This document shows positions 52,701 to 62,164 of a stretch of 64,000 nucleotides of DNA, one piece after another. The DNA comes from Pelagomonas calceolata (lineage: Eukaryota): assembly GCA_918797485.1 (NCBI GenBank), contig CAKKNE010000003.1, forward strand, positions 4,712,001 through 4,776,000, read 5' to 3'. The notes under the pieces were generated by a model. It did no database searches. It worked only from the letters and a program-made list of their open reading frames with translations, and was not told the origin of the DNA. The position numbers were made by a program, and so were the translations under genes. Within the stretch, counting starts at the first letter, position 1, and each line of letters begins with the position of its first letter.

Positions 52701-55173
52701 CGTGGCGGCGGCGCGCAGGTCCGTCGACGGCGTCGACGCCGGCGAGGCGCCACGGCGCCGCGTCCGCGAGCACGCGCTCGACCGCGTCGACGCCGGCGTC
52801 GGCGACGTCCGCGGCCGCGCGGTAGTTCGTGTCCCGCAGCGCGCGCGCGAGCTGGGCGTCGCCGCCGCACGCCTTGCGCAGGCCGCGGAGCCCGGCGCGC
52901 CACGACGCCGGCTTCTTATCGAACGCGCGGAGCGCGCGCCGCAGCGCGCCCGCCCGCTCGTCGAGGCCGTCGGCGACGCAGGTCCAGTTCAGGCGCCGGC
53001 AGAAGCGCGCGACGGCGCCGGCGAAAATGGGCGCCCGCCGCGCGAGCTTTTCCAGCGCCGGCTCGGGAATCTTCGTGCGCCGCGACAGCTCCTCCAGCGA
53101 GACGGGCGCCGCCGTCGCGACCGCCCCGGGCGCCGCCGGCGACAGGAGCGCATCCACTAGCACGCCGAGCCAGAGCCGCCGCGCGACGAAGAGGCGCGTC
53201 GCGCGGCGCGTGGCCCCCCAGCGGCCCCGCCGCACGTCGCGCAATATTTCGACCGCGGTCGGCAGCGGGGCGGCGCGCGCCGCCGCGTGCGCGTCGCGCT
53301 CGAGCTGTTCCAGGTCGAGGCCGAGGTGCGCCGCGGCGGTCTCCGCGTCGCGGCCGCCGTCGTCCACCAGAGCCGCCACAAAGTCCCAGAAGACCTTCGT
53401 GTTGAAGAGGGCCGCGTCGAGGTGGTAGTCGAGGCCGGGCAGCGGCGCGCAGACCGCCGCGCGGACGAGCGCGGCCGCGGCGCTCGACGCCGGCGCGCAC
53501 CGCGCGCGCGTCAGCGCCTCCTCGAGCAGCACCGCCTCCAACGGCCTCACGTCTCCGGCGGCGAGCACCGCGCGGCCCAGCGCCGTCGTGCGCGCGGCCC
53601 CGGCCGCGTCGACGTCGACGCAGCGCGCCGCTTCCAGCGAAGCGAGCGCGTCTCCGCACGCCGCGTCGGCGGCGCGCGGGTCGTCGGCGAGCGCCCGAAA
53701 CAGCGTCGCGCGCGCGACGGCGCGGGGGCCCTCGGCGGCGTCGAACGCGGCGCCGTCGGCCTCGGTCGCGCACACGGCCTCGAGCAGCAGCCGCGCGAGC
53801 GCCTCGGCGGCGTCGGCGGCGCGCGCCAGGCCGGACCGGACGGGCGGCAGCGTCGACCGCGCCGTCGCCTGCGCCAGCAGCCCGCGCGCCCACGCCGCGC
53901 GCCGCCGCGGCGCCACGACGACGGCCTCGCCTCGCCGCGCGCCCGCGGCGCCGCCGCGGCCCGCGCGCCCGAGCATCTGCGCGAGCTGCACGGCGTCCGT
54001 GGGGAACTTGTCCGCGCCGCAGAGCACCACGACCTTGGCCGCGGGCAGGTTCACGCCGGCCGCGAGCGTCTGCGTGCAGCAGACGACGCGCGCGCCGCCG
54101 CCCGCCGCCGCCGCCTCGACGGCGGCCCGCTCCTCGGGCGCGAGCGCGGCGGAGTGGAAGAGCGCGTCGCCGTCCTCGCGCTCGAGCAGCCGCCGGAGCC
54201 GCGCGTCGCCGCGGCGCGGCAGCGCGCGCCGCGCGGCGCGGCGCGCGGCGCGGTCGTGCTCCGCGTTCCTGCGCGGTGCGGCGCAGATCTGCTCGGCGAG
54301 CCGCCCGGTGTCATCGCGGCGCCAGCAGAAGAGGAGGCAGCTCTCGCGCGCCGCCCGCGCCTCCGCGACCGCGCGCCGCGTCGCGTCCGTCGCCGTCGCT
54401 TCGGTGACGAACCGCGGCCGCAGCGCGACGGGCCGGCAGCGCGCGACCGTCGCCCGGCACCCGAGCCACGCCGCGACGGCCTCGACGTTCGAGAGCGTCG
54501 CCGAGAGGCCGACCAGCTGCGTCGCGCCCCCCCGGAGCCGCAGGCGCGTCAGGAGCTTCTCGTACGCGGCGCCGCGGTCCGCGTCGCCGACCAGGTGGAG
54601 CTCGTCGACCGCGACGGCCCGCAGGCGGCCCGTCGACCCGCCCGCGTCGTCCGCCGCGCCGCCGCGCCGCCGCCGCCGCGCGCGCGCGTCCGCCGCCGCG
54701 AGGGCCTGGCGGTCCAGCAGGCCCAGCGCGGCCTCGGGCGTGCAGCATACGATCGCCCTCGCCATCGCGAGCGACGCGCGCGGCGCGTCCGGCCCCTCGC
54801 CGCAGTCGACGACCGCGCAGCGGTCGGCGCGCGCGCACCGCTCGTCGTGGTCGCGCAGCGCCCGGCGCAGCGTCCGGGCCTTCTCGGCGACGAGCGCGAG
54901 GAACGGCAGCACGTACAGCGCCACCCCGCCCTCGCCCCGGAAGGCGCCCCGGAGGAGCGCGACTTCGGCCACGCACGACTTGCCGCCGGCCGTGTCGACG
55001 GTGACGACGGCGTTCGCGCCGGCCGCGACGCCGTCGGGGCCCTCGAGGACGTCGCGTTGCCAGGCTCGGAGCCGGACGATGCCGGTCGCGTCCGAGTAGC
55101 CTCGCGCCACGGCCGGCGGCACCTGGGCCGCGCGCAGGGCGTAGGCGACGGTCCCCGGTTTGGCTGCATCCAT
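49705..55173 (-). CDS. POLQ: DNA polymerase theta-like (SF2 helicase plus family A polymerase), single exon
   Basis: TAGGKS, VDELHLVGD, VGLSATL, TLAAGVNLPA, QMLGRAGR; TATGRL..PNFQN, SADLKQCELRVAAHLSGD, RAAAKQLVYAVLFG, VQGSAADL, LQLHDELVFE. Confidence 0.92.
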   Translation of the reverse strand: MDAAKPGTVAYALRAAQVPPAVARGYSDATGIVRLRAWQRDVLEGPDGVAAGANAVVTVDTAGGKSCVAEVALLRGAFRGEGGVALYVLPFLALVAEKARTLRRALRDHDERCARADRCAVVDCGEGPDAPRASLAMARAIVCCTPEAALGLLDRQALAAADARARRRRRGGAADDAGGSTGRLRAVAVDELHLVGDADRGAAYEKLLTRLRLRGGATQLVGLSATLSNVEAVAAWLGCRATVARCRPVALRPRFVTEATATDATRRAVAEARAARESCLLFCWRRDDTGRLAEQICAAPRRNAEHDRAARRAARRALPRRGDARLRRLLEREDGDALFHSAALAPEERAAVEAAAAGGGARVVCCTQTLAAGVNLPAAKVVVLCGADKFPTDAVQLAQMLGRAGRGGAAGARRGEAVVVAPRRRAAWARGLLAQATARSTLPPVRSGLARAADAAEALARLLLEAVCATEADGAAFDAAEGPRAVARATLFRALADDPRAADAACGDALASLEAARCVDVDAAGAARTTALGRAVLAAGDVRPLEAVLLEEALTRARCAPASSAAAALVRAAVCAPLPGLDYHLDAALFNTKVFWDFVAALVDDGGRDAETAAAHLGLDLEQLERDAHAAARAAPLPTAVEILRDVRRGRWGATRRATRLFVARRLWLGVLVDALLSPAAPGAVATAAPVSLEELSRRTKIPEPALEKLARRAPIFAGAVARFCRRLNWTCVADGLDERAGALRRALRAFDKKPASWRAGLRGLRKACGGDAQLARALRDTNYRAAADVADAGVDAVERVLADAAPWRLAGVDAVDGPARRRHDASWSQTPFLVSLLSATRTTGAEAAAAAAARRGAVAAGVVAAAAAARTGPARAAPRRRAEAAESDDSDGSAAPSFDASSSDSDSDSDDDTADAADSDGAADAAADGRARKRRRGSGHTAGLETYASSRDVSPRSRRSEASSGVQVRDASPRVLASDARRRTRALDARESAALASTDAPFVGVALDTAPPPPGASGTRRRAWAKFLDPRTSRVLVGYGLARGPGEARYYSSPPVPPPWPFERELRRRNDGTAQGWARLPEAAVCRVVGWLGFRQYAPRLGAARDGRAAGAAARLACRAWHARGRRALRACERLAGGRVALAATVAAAPDRGGAYALACGDAVAVATALRSNGTPAGRPLFDVPAAKAVAARAGGGAAAAADDAADAADAARDGEDAPRRRDRAVARAAALARDARTCRDALAAPACGRALAALLATDVACVPAIAEMNHSGVDVDAPRLRAWVDDLRQFVDDCRRVAAEAHGIENLGAHGKVNALCDVPAKAASTAAARGLAAQAQRGGRAGERATVVLAHRRARALLARLSGLQRALAPHPTLEASTTCARACFSLSRETKRGREPTATGRLVCSAPNFQNFDAAGVAITRFARPSLHEDPEDALPGIEVLCVDATVRPGDPPRLRRGALVELSGAAIDARRLADGASIADYWRDAARRGATWAYSARRAATVRAAVVRIRRRELTYPADRVYRLDRGPRLRPPGFAWPEDGRVRETERAARYSPFDHAICVEPRRLIIARRGAVFLSADLKQCELRVAAHLSGDARLRRCFEERGDDPFVELVERCAVVKDRAAAKQLVYAVLFGQSTRKAARALDVDARAAVDAVQRVRALFPALDAYRATVTAACREHGFVETVLGRRRRLPDIHSTDPKRRRKAERQALNAVVQGSAADLVKRAMASMVASFGAKYDARRRPRLVLQLHDELVFEVPTQDLATCALDVSSALEAATALEGVPAEVRLRAGPSWASLAPYDPHSAAPAMGSIPPV

Positions 55174-55357
55174 GTCGGAACTGCGCCGCTTCTCTCGGGC
55201 CCTGACGACGTGTGTCAAACGGATAAAGCTGATGCCTTGGGCCGCCCCGGAGGGTTCACTACGGCCGACTAGTGGGATTTGACAAAGTTGACTTTTTGTT
55301 TGGTTGACTTTATTAGATGTAGAGACTGGTCGTTTGCTGGTATCAGTTAACTGGACG

Positions 55358-56998
55358 ATGGCCGCAAATACGCTGCCCCCGGGCAGGCTGAAGTACCTGG
55401 AGGGCCTCGCGCCGGACCAGGCCACCTTCCAGAAGTACGTCGAGGATGAGGCGCGCTCGCGCGGCTGGGTAAAGCCCACCGAGCTGCTGCCCCGCGCCGC
55501 GCGGTCGCGCCGCGCGCCGCCGCCGTCCCCGGACCCCGCCCCCAAGAAACAGGGGCTGAAGAGGCGCCGCGAGACGTGGGAAAAGCTGCCCTCGTCGTCC
55601 CAGAAGCGCTCGCGCGGCGACGGCGCGGCGCGGCCGCGGGTCCTTCAGACCATAACAAACCGCGCCCCGCAGTCCCTGGACAGCGTCGTCGTCGCCTGCG
55701 ACGACGAGCGCGTCGAGGGCACCGCCATTGCCGTCGTCGGCGACACTGTGCAGGTCCAGCCGTTCGCGCAGGGCTCGGAACCGCTCGTCGTGAAGAAGGA
55801 GGAGACCGCCGTCACGGTGGGCGCGCGCTCGAGGCGCTCGAGGGGCGTCCCTCGCCGCGCGACGGACGCCGTTCTTCGCCCCGAAGGTCGGACCCATCTT
55901 TCGGGCGACTCGCTGTTGCTCAAGGACGGCAGCATGGTCGTCTTCCTGCAGCCCCGTCGTCCTCAAGGATCGAGGTCTTGGGCTCGCAAGATCGACGCGT
56001 TGCCCAAACACATCAACAGGTCGACTGCGTCCACCTGCGATGTCGTCCTCTCGTCGACTTCTAGAGAGGTCTCGGTGACCTCCGTCGTGGGGCCTGTGTG
56101 GGTCGTGTCGCAGGACAAGGCCAGAAGTGGTGCCTACGACGGCCTCGCGCGAGTCTACACCCTCGACCAGTGGTTTGATGGTACGTCGCCGGCGCTGCGA
56201 CCGCTTCCAGAGCGCTGCGTCGCGTCGCTGATCGACGACAGGCCGTCGACGATGAGCGGCTTGTGGGACTTGTTAAACGTGCGCGTCGCCGTTGCTGATG
56301 CCGTCGGCGAGCTCCTCCGCGGGAAAAAGAAGAGCGGTACCGTTACGACGTGTGTTTCGAAGTTGTACTGGGCCTACCTCTCGAAGCTGTCGGGCATGTG
56401 GATCGAGAAGTTCACGGCGAAGCGCGTCGTGGCGCGCGGGCGGCCAGGCGGCGCCGACGTGACGCGCCTCCAGTTCTACCGTTTCGAGCGGTTCTCGCTT
56501 AGCGGCGATGACGTGGTGCGCCTGGAGAGCGAGTTCCGGATCTTGGCGCGGCGACGCGGTCTACGAGTACCCCTAAAAGGCGGCTTCAAGGAGACGAGGG
56601 TGCCGACGACGCTGGACGAGTTCAACAAGCTCGTGCGGGTGACGTGCACTTACAACGTCGACACCGGCGAATTGAAGCTCAACGCCCGCTTCGAGGTCAA
56701 GTCGCCCGCCGAGGCCGGTGCCACGAACGTGACGAATCTGACGGCGCCGTCGCCGTTGCCACCGCCGGAGACGGCCGTCGAGCCCGTCGCGCCCGTCGAA
56801 GACACGCTGTCCGCGACGGTCGTCGCGGAGTTGCAGATGAAACAGTTCGAGCTCGACGGCGTCGTTTACACTATCACGGCGGCGACGGCGGCGTCGTGCG
56901 AGTTTAGGGAGGCCTACCCGGTCGCCGGCGCGGACGTGCCGACGCTCACGCGTCCAACGTCTGAAGTCCATGCACTCGTCGCAGCCTACGAAGAGTAA
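55358..56998 (+). CDS. Transposon-borne partner protein (546 aa) with a BAH-like domain
   Basis: Uninterrupted ORF inside the TIRs; GDSLLL...DVVLSSTSREVSVTSVVGPVWVVS...VYTLDQWFDGTSPALRPL resembles the BAH consensus; basic NLS-like N-terminus. Confidence 0.6.
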   Translation: MAANTLPPGRLKYLEGLAPDQATFQKYVEDEARSRGWVKPTELLPRAARSRRAPPPSPDPAPKKQGLKRRRETWEKLPSSSQKRSRGDGAARPRVLQTITNRAPQSLDSVVVACDDERVEGTAIAVVGDTVQVQPFAQGSEPLVVKKEETAVTVGARSRRSRGVPRRATDAVLRPEGRTHLSGDSLLLKDGSMVVFLQPRRPQGSRSWARKIDALPKHINRSTASTCDVVLSSTSREVSVTSVVGPVWVVSQDKARSGAYDGLARVYTLDQWFDGTSPALRPLPERCVASLIDDRPSTMSGLWDLLNVRVAVADAVGELLRGKKKSGTVTTCVSKLYWAYLSKLSGMWIEKFTAKRVVARGRPGGADVTRLQFYRFERFSLSGDDVVRLESEFRILARRRGLRVPLKGGFKETRVPTTLDEFNKLVRVTCTYNVDTGELKLNARFEVKSPAEAGATNVTNLTAPSPLPPPETAVEPVAPVEDTLSATVVAELQMKQFELDGVVYTITAATAASCEFREAYPVAGADVPTLTRPTSEVHALVAAYEE

Positions 56999-57006
56999 GT
57001 CACAAT

Positions 57007-60000
57007 TTACCAGTCTATCACGCGCTTCTGCTTCCAGCCGATGACCTTGAGCTCGCCGGGCTTGACCAGGCCTGTGAGCCACATCATCCGCCGCTGCATC
57101 CACTTGCCCAGCGCGGCGACGCGCGTCGCCCGCGTCGCCTCGTGGCCGCAGTGGCCGCCGCGCTGCGTCCGCGTGAGGAAGAAGCGCTTGATCAAGTGGT
57201 TCACGCTCTCGAAGCCCTGGTTCGAGTAGCGGTACAAGTTCCGGTACTTTCGCAAATAAGCAGTAATGTGGCCCGAGCCGATCATGAAGTAGTTGAAGTT
57301 CGCAGGGCCTTCGCCGTGGTCGTCAGTAGCCGATGGTAGGTCTCCTGGGCGAGGTCGTCGGCTTTGGCAATCTCGACGTCCGTGAGATCTTCTCGTTTTC
57401 GATATAGCACCATCAATTCCTCGTAGCCGCGGACGAGGTCGAGGACGACCCGCCGCTTGGCGTCGTCCGGGAAGCACGCCTCGATGAGCTCCGTGCCGAC
57501 GTTAGCAAAGATCTTCCGGGCGCGGCCGCAATTCAACGAGATCTTCTCGACGGAATCTTCGTCCTTGGAGAGCGGCGCCGTCCACTTGCCCTCGCGGCCG
57601 TTCGGGCAGCCGAAGCCTTTCGTTCTAATCAATTTCTCCAGCGGCCGCAGCTTCGCCAGGGCCACGCTCTTCTCGTAGATCACAAATAAATTGTTGAGGA
57701 TGAGCCGCAACAGCTTCTCGCGCGTCCGGTTTTCTAAATGCAAGACGCACGGGACCATATGCTCGACCAGGGAGATGAGCGCATCAGAATTTGGCGTGGC
57801 GTGTTCTAATTGCGCTTGAAGTTCGTAATATTGGTCAACCAATTTCAGGCGCGCGTCAGCTTCTCGACGCGCGAACCGAGGTTGCCCGTCACCGCCAGGC
57901 CGAAATCAACAAGACAATCGTTCACGACCAGCGAAAATTGCGTTTTTTGTGCTGGGGTCGCAGTTCGACAGTCGAACTTTGCGTAAAACCCGTTTTGGTT
58001 GGGGTTTTCCAATTCCAAGCAATGCTGACCGCAATAAGCAGCGAAGCGCGCGTGCAAGTGGGCCGAGGTGCCGCCCGCATCGAGCCCAGCCTCCGCGGCG
58101 AGCTCGCGCAGCTGCGCCGCACTTAAAGTCTTGGCCTCGCGCATGTAGCGGTAGGCTGGGGGCAGCTCCCCTCTGAGCTCCGTGAGCGCAGCGGCAGCCG
58201 TAGCGCGCCACTCGTCTACGGCAGCCGGCGTCGACATCTCCGCGTGGTAGCACACTAACCGACCCGCTGCTCTGCAGACGTCGCAAAGGTCGTCAACTAC
58301 CTTGGGCGTCGTCATCTGCCTGTTGGTCTGCGCGCAACAATAACACGGCCGCGCGTTCTCCGACGTCCCAGTCGCGAAGCCCTTCTTCGACACCGTCTGG
58401 AGGTTGGCCATGTCGCCCGAGCAGACGTAATCAACGTGAACGGCGCGGCCCTCTGCCTCTGACTGGTAGACACCATCGGTTTGCGCCGTCGCCGCTGTAC
58501 TGAAGTGATCCGTCACGTCGTCTAAAGCTTCGTACAGGGCATGGCTCTCGTGGCCAACGGCTAACGTAGTAATATGAACCCGATCAGGCGACTGGAAGTC
58601 GGTGATAGGCTTGCCAGTGATCGGGTCGACCGCGCGGCTGTCGTTGACGTGGATCCCTTGCATCGTAAAGTCGTCGCTTTTCGTGATGTTGCTGCCGTCT
58701 TGCGTGCCTCTGATCCTCCGCGGATCCGCGGGACTGCGTCCAGTCTCAAGGAGCCCATACTGCTTTCCGATGACGTCGAGGACCGCGCCCGTCGCAATGC
58801 CGACCGCCTCGTAAGTGCCGTCGCCCGCGGACGTTTCCGTAACCGAAACCTTGTGGCCATCAGCAACTCTCTCGACCAGCTTGGCTGTTTCCTGGAGCGC
58901 GAACTTCGTGGGGAATAACAGCATCACGTGCTTGCCCAACGTCTCCCCGAGCGCAACGAGAGCCGCCCGCTCTCTGGCCCGCATGGCCTCGCTCGCAGCG
59001 TAGTTCCCCGTCATCTCCACGTCCATGGTCTTCAGTAGTTCGGCTGGAGAGAAAATCTCCTGGAGGCGCCGGTACTCCGCGCACGCAAAGTGAGCTCGCA
59101 CGAGGCCAATCTCCCCCCGCCCGCGAGAGTGTTGACACCACGCGTAGTCGGCTAGGAGACGCAGACACTTCTGTTGCTTTCTTTTGAGCGTACCACCACA
59201 AATTCTACTGAGAAAGTCGCCGACGGCGTGGACCACGGGCCACAACGACTCGCCTTCGAAGTCCGAATCCGGCGGCGGCTCCTCCGGTAAATACGCAACA
59301 CGAGAACCCAGCCAGGCGCCTCGAAGCCGTCGAAGGCCATAAAGCTCGAGGTTGAGCTGGCTTTGTTTCTTTTTCAAATCGGCGACTTCAGTTCTCTGCG
59401 CGTCGAGTTGCCGCTGCAACTCGCGCGTGTTTGTCCGGAACCCCTCCTCCAATCGCCGCCGCTCCTCGTCTAGCCGCCGCCGCCGCGTCGCTCACAGTCT
59501 ATTTTCCATAGTTCTTTCTCTTGTGAAAATTTGGCTCTAAGGCGATCAACGTCGCGCCGTCGTGCCGCTCTCTCCGCGGAGAGCGCGTTCGCCTCGCGGT
59601 CCAGAGAGAGAAGCATAAGTCTTGCCGAGTCGGTGGCGCTCCTCGCGAAGACTGCGTCCTGTCTGTCGCGTAGCTCCGCGTGGGCCGCGACGGCCGCGGC
59701 GCGCGCGGCTTCCGCGCGGTCGCACGCCGCGAGCGCGTCTTCGGCGCGCTGCTCTAGGGCCATTAAATCTCGTCGTGTCACGGGCCGTGGTACTGGCGCG
59801 ACTTCGTCGAGGTCGACCACGTCTTCGTCCGGCACGAGCAGCTCAGCATCATCAACCGGATCCACGCGCGTGACCTTCTCGCCGGGCGTCGTGTACATCC
59901 TAGGCCGCGCGGACGTCGGGCGCTTCTCGCCGGACCGCGCCGTCGTCTTCGACGGCTTGCGCGGCGCTCGGGGCGGCTGCTTCCTCTTGCACTGGAACTT

Positions 60001-60324
60001 CTCCTCTGGTCGCGGGAACGGCGGCTCGACGCCATCGGGGTACTCCTCGAGCGCGCGCGCGCGGTTCTGCACGGCTGGCAAGAAGTAGATGCACCGCGGC
60101 TCCTTATCAATTTCGTACGACTTCCGCCAGTACCGACCCTCGGCATCAAAGGTCACCCTTGTCCTCGCGGTGGGACCGAGCGCCGCGTTGAGCGCGGCGC
60201 GCGTCGCCACGCCGTCCATCTCCATGAGGAGCTCGTCGTCGCTGAGGAAGACGTCCCCCTCCGGCATTGGCAGGGCGTCGAAGATGTGCTGATCGTCCGC
60301 CGCGGGCTTCCACACCCGCGGCAT
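57007..60324 (-). pseudogene. RAG1/Transib-like DDE transposase with three frameshifts (about 59485, 57850, 57320)
   Basis: RIRGTQDGS (D1, 58697-58699), CSGDMANLQ (D2, 58412-58414), PCYCC, PCVLHLE, LNCGRARKIF, NYF-MIGSGHI, YSNQGFESVNHLIKRFF (E, 57208-57210), collinear with RAG1 core motifs. Confidence 0.8.
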
Positions 60325-61345
60325 CGTGGCAGCACCAACGTTCTCGGGCTGTGAACAAGTTATTAAAACTTGATTAGAGTATGCTGCGCAGCAGCTGCGT
60401 GTGGGCTGCCTCCCCCAATCAAGTTTTAATGCGATGCAGCTGGACCGAGATCGCAGCGCTTTTAGCAGCGCCGCTGGGCGCTCAGCTACCCCCTGGTTTT
60501 CCTACAAGTTACTGCAATACATAATGTAACTAGGGGGGCTTGGTATCCTACCAGTAGGCCGTAGTGTCACGAGGGCTAGAAGGTGCGGGTAAGATAAGGG
60601 GGGGGGGTACAATGAAAGAGCGGTACAGTCGTAATCTCCCGACTGATAGATATCTCTCAATCTCGCGCCGTCCGGGCCCCGGGCGGTACACTTCCAGGCA
60701 TCCGTCGTCCATCTGGGGTTGGGTTTTTTTGCCACCTGGGGGGGCTGTGGGGGGGGGTTAGCAGGGGGGTGGGGGGGGTTCACCCTTCATTACTCGCCGG
60801 CTCGAGGGTGGGGGGTGGGGGGGGTCGACGGCTGCCGGAGGTGACTACCGTCGCGCGCGCCGGGCGCGGATTCCGCGAGGAACTCCTAGACGCGACATGA
60901 AGTTGTTTGAGTATCGTTCCGTTGGCTGATGGGCCAGAGAGATCAATGGGACACTTACTGGGGGGCGAAAAAAATAATTTTTTTAATTCGCGATATTGAC
61001 GGTCCCACCAGTGCTTGTCGGCGGCCGTCACGCGGTTCGCCGGCCGCCGATTGCCCTAGTGCCCACATGACGCCGTCGAGGCAAAAGATCACTGGCAGAC
61101 TAGCGTCGTATAGAGTAGTCTAGCGTGGTAGAGTTGAGGTTTGGGCTAGCGGCATGTAAGACACTAGCGAGCACAAGCAGCGCAATCATATCAGGGCTTT
61201 TGAGCTAAAAGAGCTTCAGGCCGGAAATCTAATCACGTGGTAGTTGATCAACAATTGCTGCCGCTCCGCCGGCTAAGGCGTGATGCTCGTGTCGCGGTGA
61301 TTTGTACAACGCCATAGTCAAGCCCAAAGCGAACGCATCATCGCC

Positions 61346-62164
61346 ATGGGCGATGCGGAGCAAGCGTTGCTGAAGATGAGCCCCGTGGAGAACGCGGCGG
61401 TGGGCGTCGGCGCGGGCACCATCGAGGTGATCGCGCTGCAGCCGATCCTCTACTGGAAGAACGCGACGCAGCAGGGCCTGCCGCTGTCGCTGAACCCGAG
61501 GATGTTGTATCGCGGCCTGAGTACGTCCGTGGTAAACATGGCGACGCTCACGGGGCTCCAGTTCCCGCTGACGGGCGCCGTCGCGAAGGCGATCACGGGC
61601 GGCGAGGAGCGCCCGCTCGGCGACGGCGAGAAGGTCGGCGCCGCGTTCTGCGGCGGATTCATCAGCGGCCTCGCCTGCGGGCCCTTTGAGCTGACGATGA
61701 TCCAGCAGCAGCGGTTCGGCGGGAGCATCGTCGGCACGCCCGCGCGGTTGATATCGACCTTCGGACTGGGGGGCATGTCGCGCGGGCTCCTGATGTCGTG
61801 CGGGCGCGAGGGCATCTACACCGCCGGCGTGCTGGGGACGTGCCCCGTCTTCATCGACAAGTTCAAGGCGCGGGGCTTCTCGACCAACCAGGCAAAGATG
61901 GGCGGCGCGATCTGCGCGGGCGTCATGTCGGCCTCCCTCTCGCACCCGATGGACACGGTGAAGTCCTGCCTGCAGGGGGACATCGAACAGAAGACGTACA
62001 CGTCGAACGCGGGGACCTTCAGGACGCTGTGGGCGGAGGGCGGCGCATCGCGCTTCTTTTCCGGCTACCTCTTCCGCACGGGGCGCATGATCCTGGCGGT
62101 AGGCATCATGAACGAGTGCAAGCTCCGCCTCTCGCCGCTCCTCTTTCCGCACCACTTCGCGTAG
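61346..62164 (+). CDS. Mitochondrial carrier family (SLC25) protein
   Basis: Three repeats with QPILYWKNATQ, GPFELTMIQQQ and HPMDTVKSCLQ; LYRGL, RFFSG. Confidence 0.92.
   Translation: MGDAEQALLKMSPVENAAVGVGAGTIEVIALQPILYWKNATQQGLPLSLNPRMLYRGLSTSVVNMATLTGLQFPLTGAVAKAITGGEERPLGDGEKVGAAFCGGFISGLACGPFELTMIQQQRFGGSIVGTPARLISTFGLGGMSRGLLMSCGREGIYTAGVLGTCPVFIDKFKARGFSTNQAKMGGAICAGVMSASLSHPMDTVKSCLQGDIEQKTYTSNAGTFRTLWAEGGASRFFSGYLFRTGRMILAVGIMNECKLRLSPLLFPHHFA

Larger units (their letters stand above)
55257..60566. mobile_element. 5.3 kb two-gene DNA transposon with CACTACG TIRs (RAG1/Transib-like)
   Basis: Left CACTACGGCCGACTAGTGGGAT (55257-55278) versus right reverse complement CACTACGGCCTACTGGTAGGAT (60545-60566), 19/22 identical; lower GC than host genes; encloses convergent genes; no intact TSD. 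Confidence 0.85.

Noticed and set aside
7344..53160. Numerous long Arg/Ala/Gly-rich overlapping ORFs (e.g. 7344-9152, 9214-11328, 50389-53160)
   Set aside because: Shadow frames expected in extremely GC-rich coding DNA; they overlap genes with recognisable motifs
55174..55545. N-terminal extension of the 1946 aa POLQ ORF
   Set aside because: It runs through the TIR and antisense to the partner gene; the ATG at 55173 fits the start of helicase-like sequence better
55358..56998. Calling the transposon partner gene RAG2-like
   Set aside because: No six-bladed kelch GG/Y/W repeats and no PHD cysteine pattern; only its position resembles RAG2
55252..60571. Target-site duplication and RSS-type nonamer for the RAG-like element
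   Set aside because: Flanks GGGTT and TCACG do not match at any length from 2 to 5 bp; no convincing ACAAAAACC-like nonamer at 12 or 23 bp spacing
60567..61120. G-run-rich region with two short minus-strand ORFs next to the right TIR
   Set aside because: No recognisable domain and lies outside the TIR; cannot be supported as a gene or as part of the element
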